Of a stretch of DNA of 64,000 bases, positions 34,771 to 55,012 are shown one piece after another. Under the pieces are notes generated by a model. That model was not told the DNA's origin and did not search any database. It saw nothing but the letters and a program-made list of their open reading frames with translations. The DNA is from the human T2T-CHM13v2.0 reference genome, Homo sapiens. The translations under genes were made by a program, and so were the position numbers. The stretch's first letter is position 1, and every line of letters begins with the position of its first letter. The stretch lies in NCBI RefSeq assembly GCF_009914755.1, contig NC_060941.1, one strand, 5' to 3'.

Positions 34771-35343
34771 GCTCAAAATTTAACATGATTGTTAAAGTAA
34801 TAGGAAATCACTTGGATATAAAAATCATCATTTGACTTTTGCAAATGTCCAAAATGGAAAACATCTAACTCTCCCCCGCCCAGGGAATTCAGAAGTGGTT
34901 CCCCCAGCTCACACCTGTAATCCCAGCACTTTGGGAGGCCAAAGCGGAAAGGCTGAATGAGGCCAGGAATTTGAGACCAGCCTAGGAATCATAGCAAGAC
35001 CCCACCTCTAAGTAAAATATTAAAAAATTAGACCAGTGTGGTGGTGTGCACCTGTAATCCCAGCTACTCTGGAGGCTAAGGAGGGAGGATCACCGGAGCC
35101 CAGAAGTTGGGGGTTGCAGTGAGCTATGATTGCAGCACTGCACGCCAGTCTAGGTGGCAGAGTGAGACCCTTACTCAATAATAATAATAATAATAATAAT
35201 AAAAGAGTGGTTTCTGCGTGTCTGCATCTGTAGCTAAGTGTAAACACCCAGGGACGAGAATGCATGGGTCCTGGGATCTTTTGCTCCCACATGCTGAGCG
35301 CCTCGAGGATGGGAAACCACAACTCTGAGCACCCTCTTCATGA

Positions 35344-35823
<480 letters not shown>

Positions 35824-35922
35824 TGAGTCTGACAACTTTCACAAATGTAATGAGTTAAAATTGAATAACTTCTCAGTGGCAATTAAGCCCTGTTGACTTA
35901 GTTTTGGTTGTTCTTGCCATAG

Positions 35923-36159
<237 letters not shown>

Positions 36160-36683
36160 TGAGCTGAAAGAGAAAAATCTTATTAACAGATATGGATAAC
36201 ATTTATTGGGCATTTACTGTTTTATCTCATTTAATCCTAACAGTGACCGATGAAGTAGGAATCCTTCTCCATTTAACAGACAGGTTCCCTAAGGCCATTA
36301 AGGAACTGGTCCGATTAAGTGACAGAACGCGGCCTTCACCAAGATTCAGTGACGCCCAGCCCCATCCCCTGACAGCCATTTCTCACGGGCTCCTGGTCTC
36401 AGAGCGAGACGTGCCGTGACAGCAATCCCAGGCCTGAATCTGTCTGCTGGCTTTCAAAGGCTTTCCAGAACCCCTGTCTTCTTACGTAGTCCCAGTATCC
36501 CAGTGTTGTGGACGTGGGAGGGCAGATCAGGCAGTTGCAAATTCCCTGTGGTACCGACCTGCAGCCGGTCCAAACCTTTCATTACTTGCAAATGACATGA
36601 AAACAGCACGTGTCTAAATTAGTAAAAAAACAAGCCGGGCGCGGTGGCTCACGCCTGGAATCCCAGCCAAGGCCGGTGGATCA

Positions 36684-37043
<360 letters not shown>

Positions 37044-37110
37044 TCAGGGAATAGAAGATGGGGTGAATGATGTTTCTGACCCACAGACCGTTGGGATGCT
37101 TTTGCTGTCA

Positions 37111-38132
<1,022 letters not shown>

Positions 38133-38405
38133 GAGGGCACCAATTGGATCGCAGCTCCCTGCCCCACCCACTGGCAAGGGGAAAAGGCAGATGTTGATTT
38201 CATTTACCCATCAGGACAGCTGCAGAGCTCCAGGAACTGCCGGAAGGAGCTGGGGGCTGCACAGGGAGGTTCTCTCCCCAGACCACTGCTCCACCCCACC
38301 CTCTGGCCCCAGCTCACCATCATTTTGCCAAAATATGCACTCAGTTCTCTGCAAGTGCCTCAGATGAGACCATGAGGTGCCTTTAATTTGTGGCTTCCAG
38401 AGTAA

Positions 38406-39325
<920 letters not shown>

Positions 39326-39992
39326 TGATTCGCCTGCCTCGGCCTCCCAAAATGCTGGGATTACAGGCATGAGACACTGCACCCGGTTATAAATATGTTA
39401 AATGGCACCTGTCAGGACAAAGCAGCAAATGCTGAAGCTGCTAACAGCCAGAGCGTAGAGATTCAAAACTGGGAGAGATGGGTGAGCTGCAGAGGTCCCA
39501 GGATAGATGAGACCAGGAGGCGAGAGCAGACCGGGGGTGATGGAGGGTTTCAATAGATGCGAATGCGAGGGTGAGGCCGGCACGACGGTCAGACCATGGC
39601 CCAGGGCCTGACCGCCGTAGGATGTGTGCGGCAGGTCAGTGGGTAGCTTTGAATCAGATGAGACAGTGGGGGCTACAGCACGTGCTATGCAACATTACCG
39701 ATAAAGCAACGTCCTTGCACAGAGCTGGTCATGTAGGTGACCGGGGACAGTGGCTTCCTCTTGTGACTACGGAGTATTTCAGTCTTTATGCTTTTTGATG
39801 TTTTCAACTTTCTCAATCAACTGTGTATTACTCTTATAATGGGGAAATGACCTACACAAACCTGGAGGAAAACAGAAGCACATGGCTATCCCAGCTGTTC
39901 TGGAAAGAAACATTTTAAACCCTGAGAAAAGTGGAAGAGGTTCTGGAAATTTCAGAGTTAGGGTAAGTGGGCACTTATCAAGCACCTCTCTT

Positions 39993-40510
<518 letters not shown>

Positions 40511-40786
40511 CTAGGGCTTAAAGAGTGGGTGGGATTCCAAAAAGATCCAAACACTCTGGTGGACTCTGCTTCCTGGAGATTAGGAGAGGGCCAGAGCCGA
40601 GGCTCTTCAACCCAGCAAGGCCTGCGTCAAACAGCACCGTCTTCTGCCTTCTCAGAACTGAAGAATTTGGGCAACGGTCCCGGCCCTGACCGGGGGGCAG
40701 CCACCACTGCACAGTCCCTTAGGTGAGACGTGGGTCCTGGCCCCTGGAGAAAGCCCACGGTCACCTGCCTCATCTGGGAGGGAGAC

Positions 40787-41227
40787 TGTATTAGGGTTGT
40801 CTAGAGGGACAGAACTAACAGGATAGATATATAGAGAAAGGAGAGTTTATTCAGTATTGACACAGGATCACAAGGTCCCACAATAGGCCGTCTGCAGGCT
40901 GAGGAGCAAGGAGAGCCGGTCTGAGTTCCAAAAATGAAGAACCTGGAGTCCAGTGTTCAAGGGCAGGAAGCATCCAGCACAGGAGAAAGATGTAGGCTGG
41001 GAGGCTACACCAGTCTCTCTTTTCACATTTTTCTGCCTGCTTACACTCTAGCCGCACTGTCAGCTGATGAGATGGTGCCCACCCAGATTGGGGGTGGGTC
41101 TGCCTTTTCCCAGGCCACTGACTCAAATGTTAATCTCCTTTGGCAACACCCTCACAGACACACCCAGGATCAATACTTTGTATCCTTCAATCCAATCAAG
41201 TTGACACTCAGTATTAACCATCACCGA
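40787..41227 (-). mobile_element. MLT2A (ERVL) solo LTR
   Basis: Minus strand begins GTGATGGTTAATACTGAGTGTCAACTTGATTGGATTGAAGG; imperfect 5-bp TSD GAGAC/GACAC. Confidence 0.8.
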
Positions 41228-42181
41228 CACTAAACCTTCACACCAAAATGAGTTACCAACCCGAGATCCCCAGACCTGAGAGGAGACTGAGCCGGACAGA
41301 CAGGCAAACCCAGCCCTGATTCTAAAAACAGAGCATGCGGAGGCACCAACTGGTAGTCTCATGAGATTTTAGAGGACGTTGTATCCGTAAAGAGAACAAA
41401 GTGTTAGGAAGAGGGGTACGTGAAATTTAAAAATATAATCATCATCCCAGAGTGTGCAGAGGCGCCAACTGGTAGTCTCATGAGATTTTAGAGGACATTG
41501 CATCCATAAAGAGAACAAAGTGTTAGGAAAAGGGGTACGTGAAATTTAAAAATATAATCATCATCCCCCCAAAAGGCACTAACTAGACAAATGAATGCAG
41601 TTGAAAACTGAATTTCTTAACTAAAAAGCCAGTTCGAGGAACCTTCCCTGGAAATAGAGCAAAACCCCAAATGATTGATATCTTGAGGAGGAGGTAAAAG
41701 ACATGGACGACAGATTAGGGAAATCGAATCAGTGTCCGAAAGGGAGATTTCAGGAGATGAGAGGCAATAGCCAATGTCCAGGAGAACAGATGCGTGAGTT
41801 CAGGAAAGACGAATCTGCAGATAGAAAGACTCGTGACGGGCCATGCAGCTGAAAGAGAAAATAAACCTCCGCAGACATAGCTGGTGGGATTTCCAAATAC
41901 CACGGCAAAAGAAAAAATGCTGCAGGCTTCCAGGCGGGAAAACCCAGATGGCCTCTTGAGGCCGGGCCTGGGCTACGCTTTCATCAAGGCCTCCATCAGC
42001 TGCGCCTTGGAGGAACCAGGGAGAGCTCAAAACCACCAGGACCTATCCCAGCCCAGATTTCAGATTGGTTTGTTCTGGGAAGGACCAGGCATTGTTTGTT
42101 TCTGGCTTTCTTTTTGACCCTTAAGCTTCCAGATGATGCTAACTTGCAGCCAGGGCTGAGAATCACAGATCTTAAATTTAA

Positions 42182-42525
<344 letters not shown>

Positions 42526-43451
42526 TTAGCATTTGACCTACATGTCAGTTAGACTCTGGAAATTAACAACAACGGGAAGTCCACGCATGAAGACTTCTGG
42601 CTGCAGCCAAATCTGCTCAGACAAAACCCATGACAGAGTTTATTTACATTTCCACAAACAAGCCTGAAAACAGACATTCTATTCGAGAAGCTAAAAAGAG
42701 GGAAATAAACTGAAAGAAGCAGAAAAATAAACCAATAAAGATCAAAAGCAGAAGCTGATGAAATAAATAAAAAATGAATTGACTTGATAAACTGCTTTTT
42801 TTTTAAATGACCAATAAACCTTACACACTGCTGGCTTATCTGGCAATAAAAAGGAGATCATGCAAGTAACAGTGTTGGGAATGAGGACAACTTGGGGGAG
42901 GGTTTTTTTTGTTTTGTTTTTTGTTTTTAATTGCAAGAAAGCTATGCATTGTACTGGTTTCATCATGCAAGAAATTGAAAATGTCAAAAATCTGTTTTCC
43001 CTAAATGCACCAGTATTGGAAGATGTTATGGAAGGCTTCTAGTAACCTTTCAAGGAACAAACACTTCCTGTGTTATCAAAGCTCCAGGGCATGGAAGATT
43101 CCGGAAACTCCCCACAGGCTGGTCCTGCAATGCTTAGTGAAAGGCTGGCTGCAAACGCTGACAGCATACAAGCAGGAAACTGTAAAGCGGCCCCACATGT
43201 GAGGAGTGAAAATCCTGAACAAAATGTTAGCAAAAATAAGTAGGATTTACTTCCAGAATTCACACAGGAATAATTCACAATTAGGAAATCTACTAATTTT
43301 GTGCATTATATTTATAAATTAAAGAATGGAGGCCGGATGTGGTGGCTCACGCCTGTAATCCCAGCACTTTGGGAGGCCGAGGCGGGCAGATTACCTGAGG
43401 TCAGGAGTTCGAGACCAGCCTGGCCAACGTGGTGAAACCCTGTTTCTACTA

Positions 43452-43706
<255 letters not shown>

Positions 43707-45924
43707 TCATCATCCATCCCAAAGTAGGATAGAAGGAGAGTTCTAAGTATTTATCAGAAACTAACAAGAAAATGTTACCCAGTGGAAAGACTAGACTTAA
43801 AATCAGGAATGAGATGAGGAGGCCTGCTAGCATAGCAGTTACCCCAGACTGTTTTGGAGGCTCCAGCAACGCAAAGAAAACAAGAGAAAGAAATGAGATA
43901 TGGATCTGGGAATGAAATACTGAAATTCTCAACCTCTACTAATGAAAAATAAAAGCCAATAGAAACAGTAAGAAATCAATAAAGTAGCTGGATACCAGCT
44001 CTGTAGTTTTCTTCTACACCAGTAATATAGTTAGGAATTACAATTTTTAAAAAAGCTCATTCATAATAGCTATAACAACTTTTAAATAAGTCCAGGAAGA
44101 AATCCAACAAGGAATGATGAGCCTGTCTGAAAAAAAACAATAAATGTTATGAAAGGTCATAAAACAGATTTAAATAAATGGAGTGCCCACGTTACCAGCT
44201 GGGAAGACGCATGATATAAAAATGCCATTTCCCTCCAAATTAGCAATAAAACCATTGCAATTCCCGTTACCCTCCGTGGTGAGATGTTTTGGGTGAACTT
44301 AAATTTATTCAACATAATTATTTACTTATTTTGGAAAAGTAATGATTCAAAATGCAAGAGCTCTACAACTAAGAGGAAGTTTTCGTCTCTTTTCCCCTTC
44401 CCCCACCCAGCCACCAGGGCCCTCCGCAGAGGCAACGTAGATTCTTGTGGATTCTTTTTGTTTTTGTTTTCTTCGAGACAGCGAGACGCATCTTGCTCTG
44501 TTTCCCAGGCTGGAATGCAATGGCAGAGTAGCCTCGAACTCCCAGCCTTAAGTGATCCTCACACCTCAGCTTCCCAAGTAGCTGGGACTACACACACACC
44601 ACCAGGCCTGGCTAATTTTCATATATATATATTTTTTTTTTTTTTTTTTTTTTTTTTGGTAGAAACAGGGTCTTACTGTGTTGCCCAGGCTGGTCTCCAA
44701 TTCCTGGGCTCAAGTGATCCTCTTGCTTCGGCCTCCCAAAGTCCTGGGATTACAGGCATAAGCCACTGTGTTCAGCCCTTGTGGAGTCTTTTGGAGATTT
44801 TTTGCATATCTAAGCAAAGTCACAAGGGTGTGTGTGTATGTGTATCTCTCTCTCTCTCTTTAACTTAAATGGCTGCATATTATACCCACTGCTCGGTTCC
44901 TCGCTTGCTGTCCCTTAGCAACACGTGCTGCGGATATTCCACCTCAAAACAAAAAGCACCTCGGGCCAGGTGCGGAGGCTCACGCCTGTAGTGTTGACAC
45001 TTTGGGAGGCTGAGGCTGGCAGATCGTTTGAGCTCAGGAGTTCAAGACCAGCCTGGGCAATGCGGCAAAACCCCATCTCTACAAAAAATACAAAAATGAG
45101 AAATTGGCCGGGCATGGTGGCATGTGCCTGGAGTCCCAGCTACTTGGGGGGCTGAGGTGAACCCAGGAGGTTGAAGCTGCGGTGAGCTATGATTGTGCGA
45201 CTGCACTCCAGCCTGGGTGACAAAGTGACACCCTGTCTCAGAAAACAACAAGAACAACAACACTTTATTCTCAACAAATTGATTTTAAAGTTCATTTAGA
45301 AGACTAAATGCACAAAAATATCCAAGACAATTTTGAAAAGGAAGGATCATGAAAGAAATATTTAAGAATAATAACAAGTCCTTAGCCAGGCCTGGTGGCT
45401 CACGCCTGTAATCCCAGCACTTTGGGAGGCTGAGGCAAGCGGATCACAAGGTCAGGAGATCGAGACCATCCTGGCTAACATGGTGAAACCCCATCTCTAC
45501 TAAAAAAAAAAATACAATTACTCGGGCGTGGTGGCGGGCACCTGTGGTCCCAGCTACTCAGGAGACTGAGGCAGAAGAATGGCGTGAACCCGGGACGCAG
45601 AGCTTGCAGTGAGCCGAGATCACCACTGCACTCCAGCCTGGGCGACAGAGTGAGACTCTGTCTCAAAAAAAAAAAAAAGAAGAATAGCAAGTCCTCAAAG
45701 AGAACTTAGAGGAAATTACTTTGGAATTTAGCTACTGCAAGCTATATTAATGCACAGGTTGCTTTTTTTTTGAGACAGAGTCTCACTTTGTCACCCAGGC
45801 TGTAGTGCAGTGGCATGATCCTCCCACCTCAGCCTCCTGAGTAGTTGGGATTACGGACGTGCACCAACACATCCTGTTAATTTTTGTATTTTGAGTAGAG
45901 ACAGGGTTTCACCATGTTGGCTAG

Positions 45925-46095
<171 letters not shown>

Positions 46096-46314
46096 TAATT
46101 CAGTTTTCTGTTTGGATCCAGCCACTGAAAAGGAGTGCTCTGTGCAGTGAGCAAGCAAGTACTGACCCACGTGTAGCTCCCTCAATAAATTTGCACTCCA
46201 GCTTTAGAAATCCATCTCATGGCCGGGCGCGGTGGCTCATGCCTGTAATCCCAGCACTTTGGGAGGCCAAGGTGGGTGGATCAGGAGGTTAGGAGATGGA
46301 GATTATCCTGGCTA

Positions 46315-46633
<319 letters not shown>

Positions 46634-46968
46634 CTAGCCTCGTCCTCTCTGGCCTGCACTGCTGTGCAGCGGTGTCAGTGCAGGGGCATCTGTGGAGCTC
46701 AGCCTGCCCTGGATGTTCTCGTCTCCTCCCAGGGGACTTAAGACTCCACCTAAGGTTGCCAGCCTTTCAGTGGTAAGACATCTATGCAATCAACCCGAAG
46801 CCTTACCACCTGGCACTACTTCAGTGTATCCTTAGACTACCAGGAGGATCTCTGAGACTTGGTGGGGAATGGAACAGCTTGCTGCAATTTGTGGATGTAG
46901 ATTCCGTATATTTTTGTCTCTTCCAAGAGACTGTAAACTCTTTGCTGACAAAGTCTGTGTCTTGATAG

Positions 46969-47606
<638 letters not shown>

Positions 47607-48116
47607 GTAAAAGCAGTCCCCGCAGCTCTCAGTGTTCGACCCTCCAGTGAGTGTCCACGCACAGGGTGCTGGTGGGTCTACTAGACTGCACCTGCCCGTC
47701 TGCTGGATGAGTGACTGCAGCCAGCTTACATCTGCAAACATCGGGCCCTCCCCATGGTGGGGCCACAGTAGATACTGACAGGTGGACAGCCCGGATTCCT
47801 ATTCCTTCCCTGGCTAGTGGGTGACAGAAGGCCTCGCAGGGTTCAGGTACTCTAGTCGCTTCATGACCGCCAAGGCCAGCTTGCTGCGGGGATGCTCAGC
47901 AAGTTCCTTAGCCTGCAGGGACCTCTTCCGGGGAGGACTGAAGTCTTTCTAACAATTCTCACCCCCGTGGGCAGCCGGCCTTCCGGGTAGCTCCTACATC
48001 TCTGCACCTCGTGGAGTAGGGAGTGGAGGGGACGAAGGGGGTGAAAGCTGCTCCCTCTTGGCCCCAGATTCAGGTCTGTAGTGGTAGCACCAGAAACCAA
48101 AGTTACTGCAACTTAA

Positions 48117-48603
<487 letters not shown>

Positions 48604-49643
48604 TAAAGTAGAGCACGTCCCAATCAGAATCTCAGGAACAAACAATCCCTTAGTTAACAAAACAATTCTGGAGTTTTATCTGAAAAATAAATTAGGAAGG
48701 CTAGCCAAGAATGGTTTTGGAAGAGAAGATTCAAACGGGGCAAGCAGCCATCCCAGTCTGCTCAGGACTGAGGGGTCCCCAAGACAAGGGACTTTCCATG
48801 CTAAGCCCAGGGGGTCCTGGACACAGCAGGATGGCAGATCACCCTAGCATCGCCGCACCAAATATTAAAGTATACAGTAAAGCTCTGGCCAGGCAAGGTG
48901 GTGCACACCTGTAATCCCAGCACTTGGGGAGGCTGAGGCAAGAGGATGGCTTGAGCCCAGAAGTTCAAGACCAGACTGGGCAACATGGTGAGACCCTGTC
49001 TCCACAAAAAAATAATAATTAAAAAAAAATAAAACATTAGCCCACCATGGTGGTGTGCACCTGTGGTCCCAGCTACTCAGGAGGCTGAGGCAGGAGGATC
49101 ACTTAAGCCCGGGAGGTCAAAAAAAAAAAAAGAACAACAACACTTTATTCTCAACGAATTGATTTTAAAGTTCACTTAGAAGACTAAATGCTCAAGAATA
49201 CCCAAGAAAATTTTGAAAAGGAAGGATCATGAAAGATCCTTGAACTATGAAAGATCCAATGAAATATGATCATACCACTGCACTCCAGCCTGGGCTACGG
49301 AGCAAGACCCTGTCTAAAATAAAACAAAACCGTAAAGTTCTAGAGGCTAAAATAATGTGTCACAAGATAGACAGGCAAGACATTGAAGCCTATGAGAGAG
49401 CCCCAAAGCAAGCCAGAGTTTATATAAAAACCTAGTAGATTATAAATTACCAGAGAGCTAATGAATTATGCATCCAATGATGTCGGGACATTTGGTTAAT
49501 CATTTGGGAAAAAATTAAATCTTTTCCTCATACCAGACACTAAAATAAATTCCAGATGGAATCAAGTATTTAAATGGGGGAAAATGTGCCAGACGAAAAC
49601 AAATGAAAATATTTATATAATCCTGGGCTGGGGAGGCCTTTCA

Positions 49644-50328
<685 letters not shown>

Positions 50329-50482
50329 TCACAAGTAACCAAAGGACAGGGAGTCCCCTACAGAGTTGGCAAAGATAAGGAGAGATGAGCCCTCCCTGCT
50401 GTCGGCCATGAAAATACAGATTGGCCTTTATCTTTATCAAGATCTTCATCCAGGGCGATATGATCATATGCAGCCACTCCCT

Positions 50483-50503
50483 CCCTAACCCTAACCCTAA
50501 CCC
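50483..50503. repeat. Short interstitial telomere-like repeat (CCCTAA)3CCC
   Basis: Directly visible. Confidence 0.7.
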
Positions 50504-50924
50504 CGCACCCTGTTAGTGCTTAGACTCCATTCCAAGGAACCTAGCAAAGACCTATGCAGATAACATTTTTGTATGTTAAAAATGATAAAGCCAGGCTTGG
50601 TGGGGTGCACCTGTAGTCCCAGCTACTCAGGAGGCTGAAGCAGGAGGAGCACTTGTGCCCAGGAAGTCAGGGCTGCAGTGAGCTATGATTGCACCACTGC
50701 ACTCCAGCCTGGGTGACAGAGTGAAACCCCCGTCTCTAAAGAAATAAATACAGTGAATAGAGACTCATGGGGGAGATGACGCTCATCACCGTGTTGTGTC
50801 ATCAGAAAGAAAGACCCCAAGAAGAGGACATTAGTGAAACCCATTTTCATACACCTGTGCATCAGAATACACTACACCAAAAAGAGCTCTACTGACATGG
50901 AAACCTGTCTCGATATTAATTTCT

Positions 50925-51222
50925 TATTTTAATTTTTTTTAAATTATACTTTAAGTTTTAGGGTACACGTGCACGATGTGCAGGTTTGTTACATATGTAT
51001 ACATGTGCCATGCTGGTGTGCTGCACCCATTAACTCGTCATTTAGCATTAGGTATATCTCCTAATGCTATCTCTCCCCCCTCCCCCCACCCCACAACAGG
51101 CCCCGTTGTGTGACGTTCCCCTTCCTGTGTCCATGTGTTCTCATTGTTCAATTCCCACCTATGAGTGAGAACATGCGGTGTTTGGGTTTTTGTCCTTGCA
51201 ATAGTTTGCTGAGAATGATGGT
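50925..51222 (-). mobile_element. 5'-truncated primate L1PA 3' end (~290 bp)
   Basis: ATTATACTTTAAGTTTTAGGGTACA...CCCACCTATGAGTGAGAACATGCGG, typical L1PA 3'UTR. Confidence 0.9.
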
Positions 51223-51224
51223 AG

Positions 51225-51383
<159 letters not shown>

Positions 51384-51667
51384 TGATTATTCTTTTTGTA
51401 GAGACGGTGTTTCTTTTTGTTGCCCAGACTGGTTGGGAACTCCTGGCCTCAAGTAATCCCCCCGCCTCAGCCTCCCAAAGTGCTGGGATTACGGGCATGA
51501 GCCACCGCACCTGGCACAATACATTAATTTTTAATATGGCGGGGCATGGTGGCTCACACCTGTAATCCCAGCACTTTGTGAGACCGAGGTCGGCAGATCA
51601 CCTGAGGGTCAGGAGTTCGAGACCAGCCTGGCCAACATGGTGAAACCCCGTCTCTACTAAAAATTCA

Positions 51668-51817
<150 letters not shown>

Positions 51818-52360
51818 TCAAAAAAAAAAATTAATAGGAGATTATGAAACAATATATAGAATTTGATTTCGCACACACACACAATCACAGGTGTAAGAAG
51901 TTAGAAATGGTTATCTCTAAGTGTTAGGGTTATTGAATTTTCATTTTCTTTTTGCTTATTTGCACATTCTATTTGCATAGGCTGAACACTTGCCTTTGTG
52001 AAAAACTGGGGTCTAAATGCACAGGTGACTGAGCCCGGCAGCCATCTTTCCATCCTTATGCCTTGACCTGCACCTCAGTCAACCAGGCTGTGGCCGGCAG
52101 CCTCAGGGGCACCATGGGGAGGCCTCGCACAGGCTCAGTTTAAGGTGCATCCTGGCTGAATTTGGGTCCCCACCTGCTGCCTGGGCCAGCTCCCACTGCC
52201 CAATGGCACAGAGCAGCCTCCTTAGTGAATAACTTACCCCCATACAAAACTGTGACCCAGCAGTCCCACGACTGGGCATTTATCCAAAGGAAAGGGAATC
52301 CGTGCATCCAATAGACACCTGCACCCCCATGGCCAGGCTGGTCTCGGACCCCTGACCTCA

Positions 52361-52540
<180 letters not shown>

Positions 52541-53625
52541 TCAAGCAGTACACACTGTACATGTGTCGAAATATCACTCTGTACCCCAGAGATATACAGC
52601 TGTAACATGTCAGCTAAAATAAAAGGAAATACTACAGACAAAAGGGAAGTCAGTCCCGGGATGTACACAGTGTCCCTTCCTAGGCTGCCCAATAATCCTA
52701 AGTAAGCGTCTGTGAGAGGAAAAAAAAGTCCCCCTCATCGTGGTATACTTAATTCACACCATTTTAGGTTACGTCGTAATGAATAGATGGTTCAGAAACC
52801 CTCACAGCCAAGCATGGTGTCTCCAGGGCGATGGCCTCTCTCATGCCCGGCGCTGCCCTCGGCTCCCCCGTGATGTTCTAGCGCACTGTGGTTCAGTCAC
52901 TGTCTACCAAGCTTGCCTGGGTGTCACGGCGTGCAGGCACTTCTGGGACTTGGCGTTCTACAGGACGCCCCAGTTGGCTGACTCGGGCCGCCAGCTTGCT
53001 CAAGTCACAGTGCTTGCATTGGGGATGACTCATCAAGAATCCCAAACACCACTCAAAACAAGACCGCGATCCAGGCCGTGCTGGGCATGCAGGCATCAAC
53101 TCACTTGACCCGGCAGCCCCGGGGTCGCTCCTGTACCCATGGAGGTGCCGCTCCTGTACCCATGTCACAGCTGGGGACACTGAGGCACAGCGGGTGAGAT
53201 TCAGCCCAGGCAGCCGTACCAGCCTTAACCTCTGTGCCCCAAGCATAAAGGAACTCCCCTTTCCCTTGGAGTAAATTCCTGAACCACCCCCCTAGTTTTC
53301 AAGCCCCTCCCCTGCATGGGCCAAGCCCTTACTGCAGGTGGCCCCTCACTGCCCCCCACGATGCCCCTAGACTTCCAGCCTCCGCTCAGCCTGCCTGACC
53401 TGCCCACCCCTGGCTGTCCAGTTGTGCCTCCTCATTCCCAGTCTAGGCAGCCCTGCTTCCCCCAGCTGGACGAGAGCATCCAGCCCTGGCCATTCTTGAG
53501 ACAAACACCTCCTTCCATCATGGCCTCCCTACAGGAAGCGGTGCTGGGCCCGTCCTGTGGGACCTCAGTCCGAATCAATGACACCACCAACCCTGCAGAG
53601 GTGTTTCACGGATGCTGGCCAGGAT

Positions 53626-53880
53626 CCCCTCCTCCTCTCCCTCCTCCTCTCCCTCTTCCTCTCCGTCTTCCCCCTCCCCCTCCTCCCTCTCCCCCTCCTC
53701 CCTCTTTCATCTCCTCCCCCTCCCTCTCCCCCTCCTCCCTCTTTCATCTCCTCCCCCTCCCTCTCCCCCTTCTCCCTCCTTCATCTTCCCCCTCCTCCCT
53801 CTCCTCCCCTCTCCCTCCTTCATCTTCCCCCTCCTCCCTCCCCCTTCCTCCCTCTCCTCCCTTCCCTCCTCCTCCTCATT
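53626..53880. repeat. ~250 bp polypyrimidine (CCT/CTC) low-complexity tract
   Basis: Almost exclusively C/T on the + strand. Confidence 0.95.
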
Positions 53881-54074
53881 CCCAAGCACTGAGCACCGCA
53901 GGCCCTGAGCAAAGGCTCAAAGCGGGTACGGGTTATCTTGAAAGCTACATTCAGGCTCGTGTTTACCCCTCTGCAGATGCATGATCAAGGAAAGTACCGG
54001 TGATAGAAGGAAAAGAGGAAGATTTGGGAATGTGAGGCTCTGGTGTTCTTGGGCTTTGCTCGCAAATGAAATGA

Positions 54075-54347
<273 letters not shown>

Positions 54348-54849
54348 TGATCCCCGGGTCCGGGCTTCCGTCCGGAAAGCTCCCTCATTGTTTGGTAAGA
54401 TTTCAGCGATTCTTAAATCCTTTCCAACACTGCGGCGCTGGGAGGGGAGAGGCTTTTCTGCTCAGATTTCCTGGCAGGATTAAGTAGAAACAGAGCAGGG
54501 TAAAGAGAAAGCTATCTTTGGGAGGTAAAGGTGTCCCTTTGATTTGCAGTATCACCACCTGAGTGCGGAAACCCCATCCCTTCTCGATTGTTCTGCCTGA
54601 GGGCTGCATTCCAACCGAAATCCTATTTTAATCTCCAAAGGAAGGGGAGGAAGAGGCCTCCTCTGGGCATCCCCTCACTTCTGGGGATGGATGTGTGGCT
54701 CAGGGCAGGGCGTTGGAGACACAGGTGCTGCCTTCATTCCTAAAACCACCCAGGGTGACCAGGTCTCGGGACGCGGAAAGAAAAAGCCGGGCACTGTGGT
54801 GGCACGTGTCTCACCCGCTGAGCTTTAACTTCCCCTCCACCTTTCGTAG

Positions 54850-55012
54850 TCTCCACCCCTTGTGCCCAGCACAGAGCCTGGCATACAGCAAGCGCTCAAG
54901 AAAGGCTGGACCAAGGAATGAGGGTCTGGCTGGCCCCACAGCACCCGCAGCCAGGCAGCCAGCAGCAGTCACACAACCAGGAGATGCTTCTCCTTTTGGG
55001 TGCTGTGATTAA
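54850..55012 (+). CDS. CCDC40: Candidate alternative terminal exon A of CCDC40 (S-LHPLCPAQ...PFGCCD*), partly L2/MIR-derived
   Basis: Branch-like CTTTAAC + pyrimidine tract + TAG at 54847-54849; in frame with exon 10; ATTAAA at 55008-55013 overlaps the TAA stop. Confidence 0.55.

Noticed and set aside
53316-53984. 222-aa Pro/Ser-rich ORF
   Set aside because: Driven by the polypyrimidine low-complexity tract
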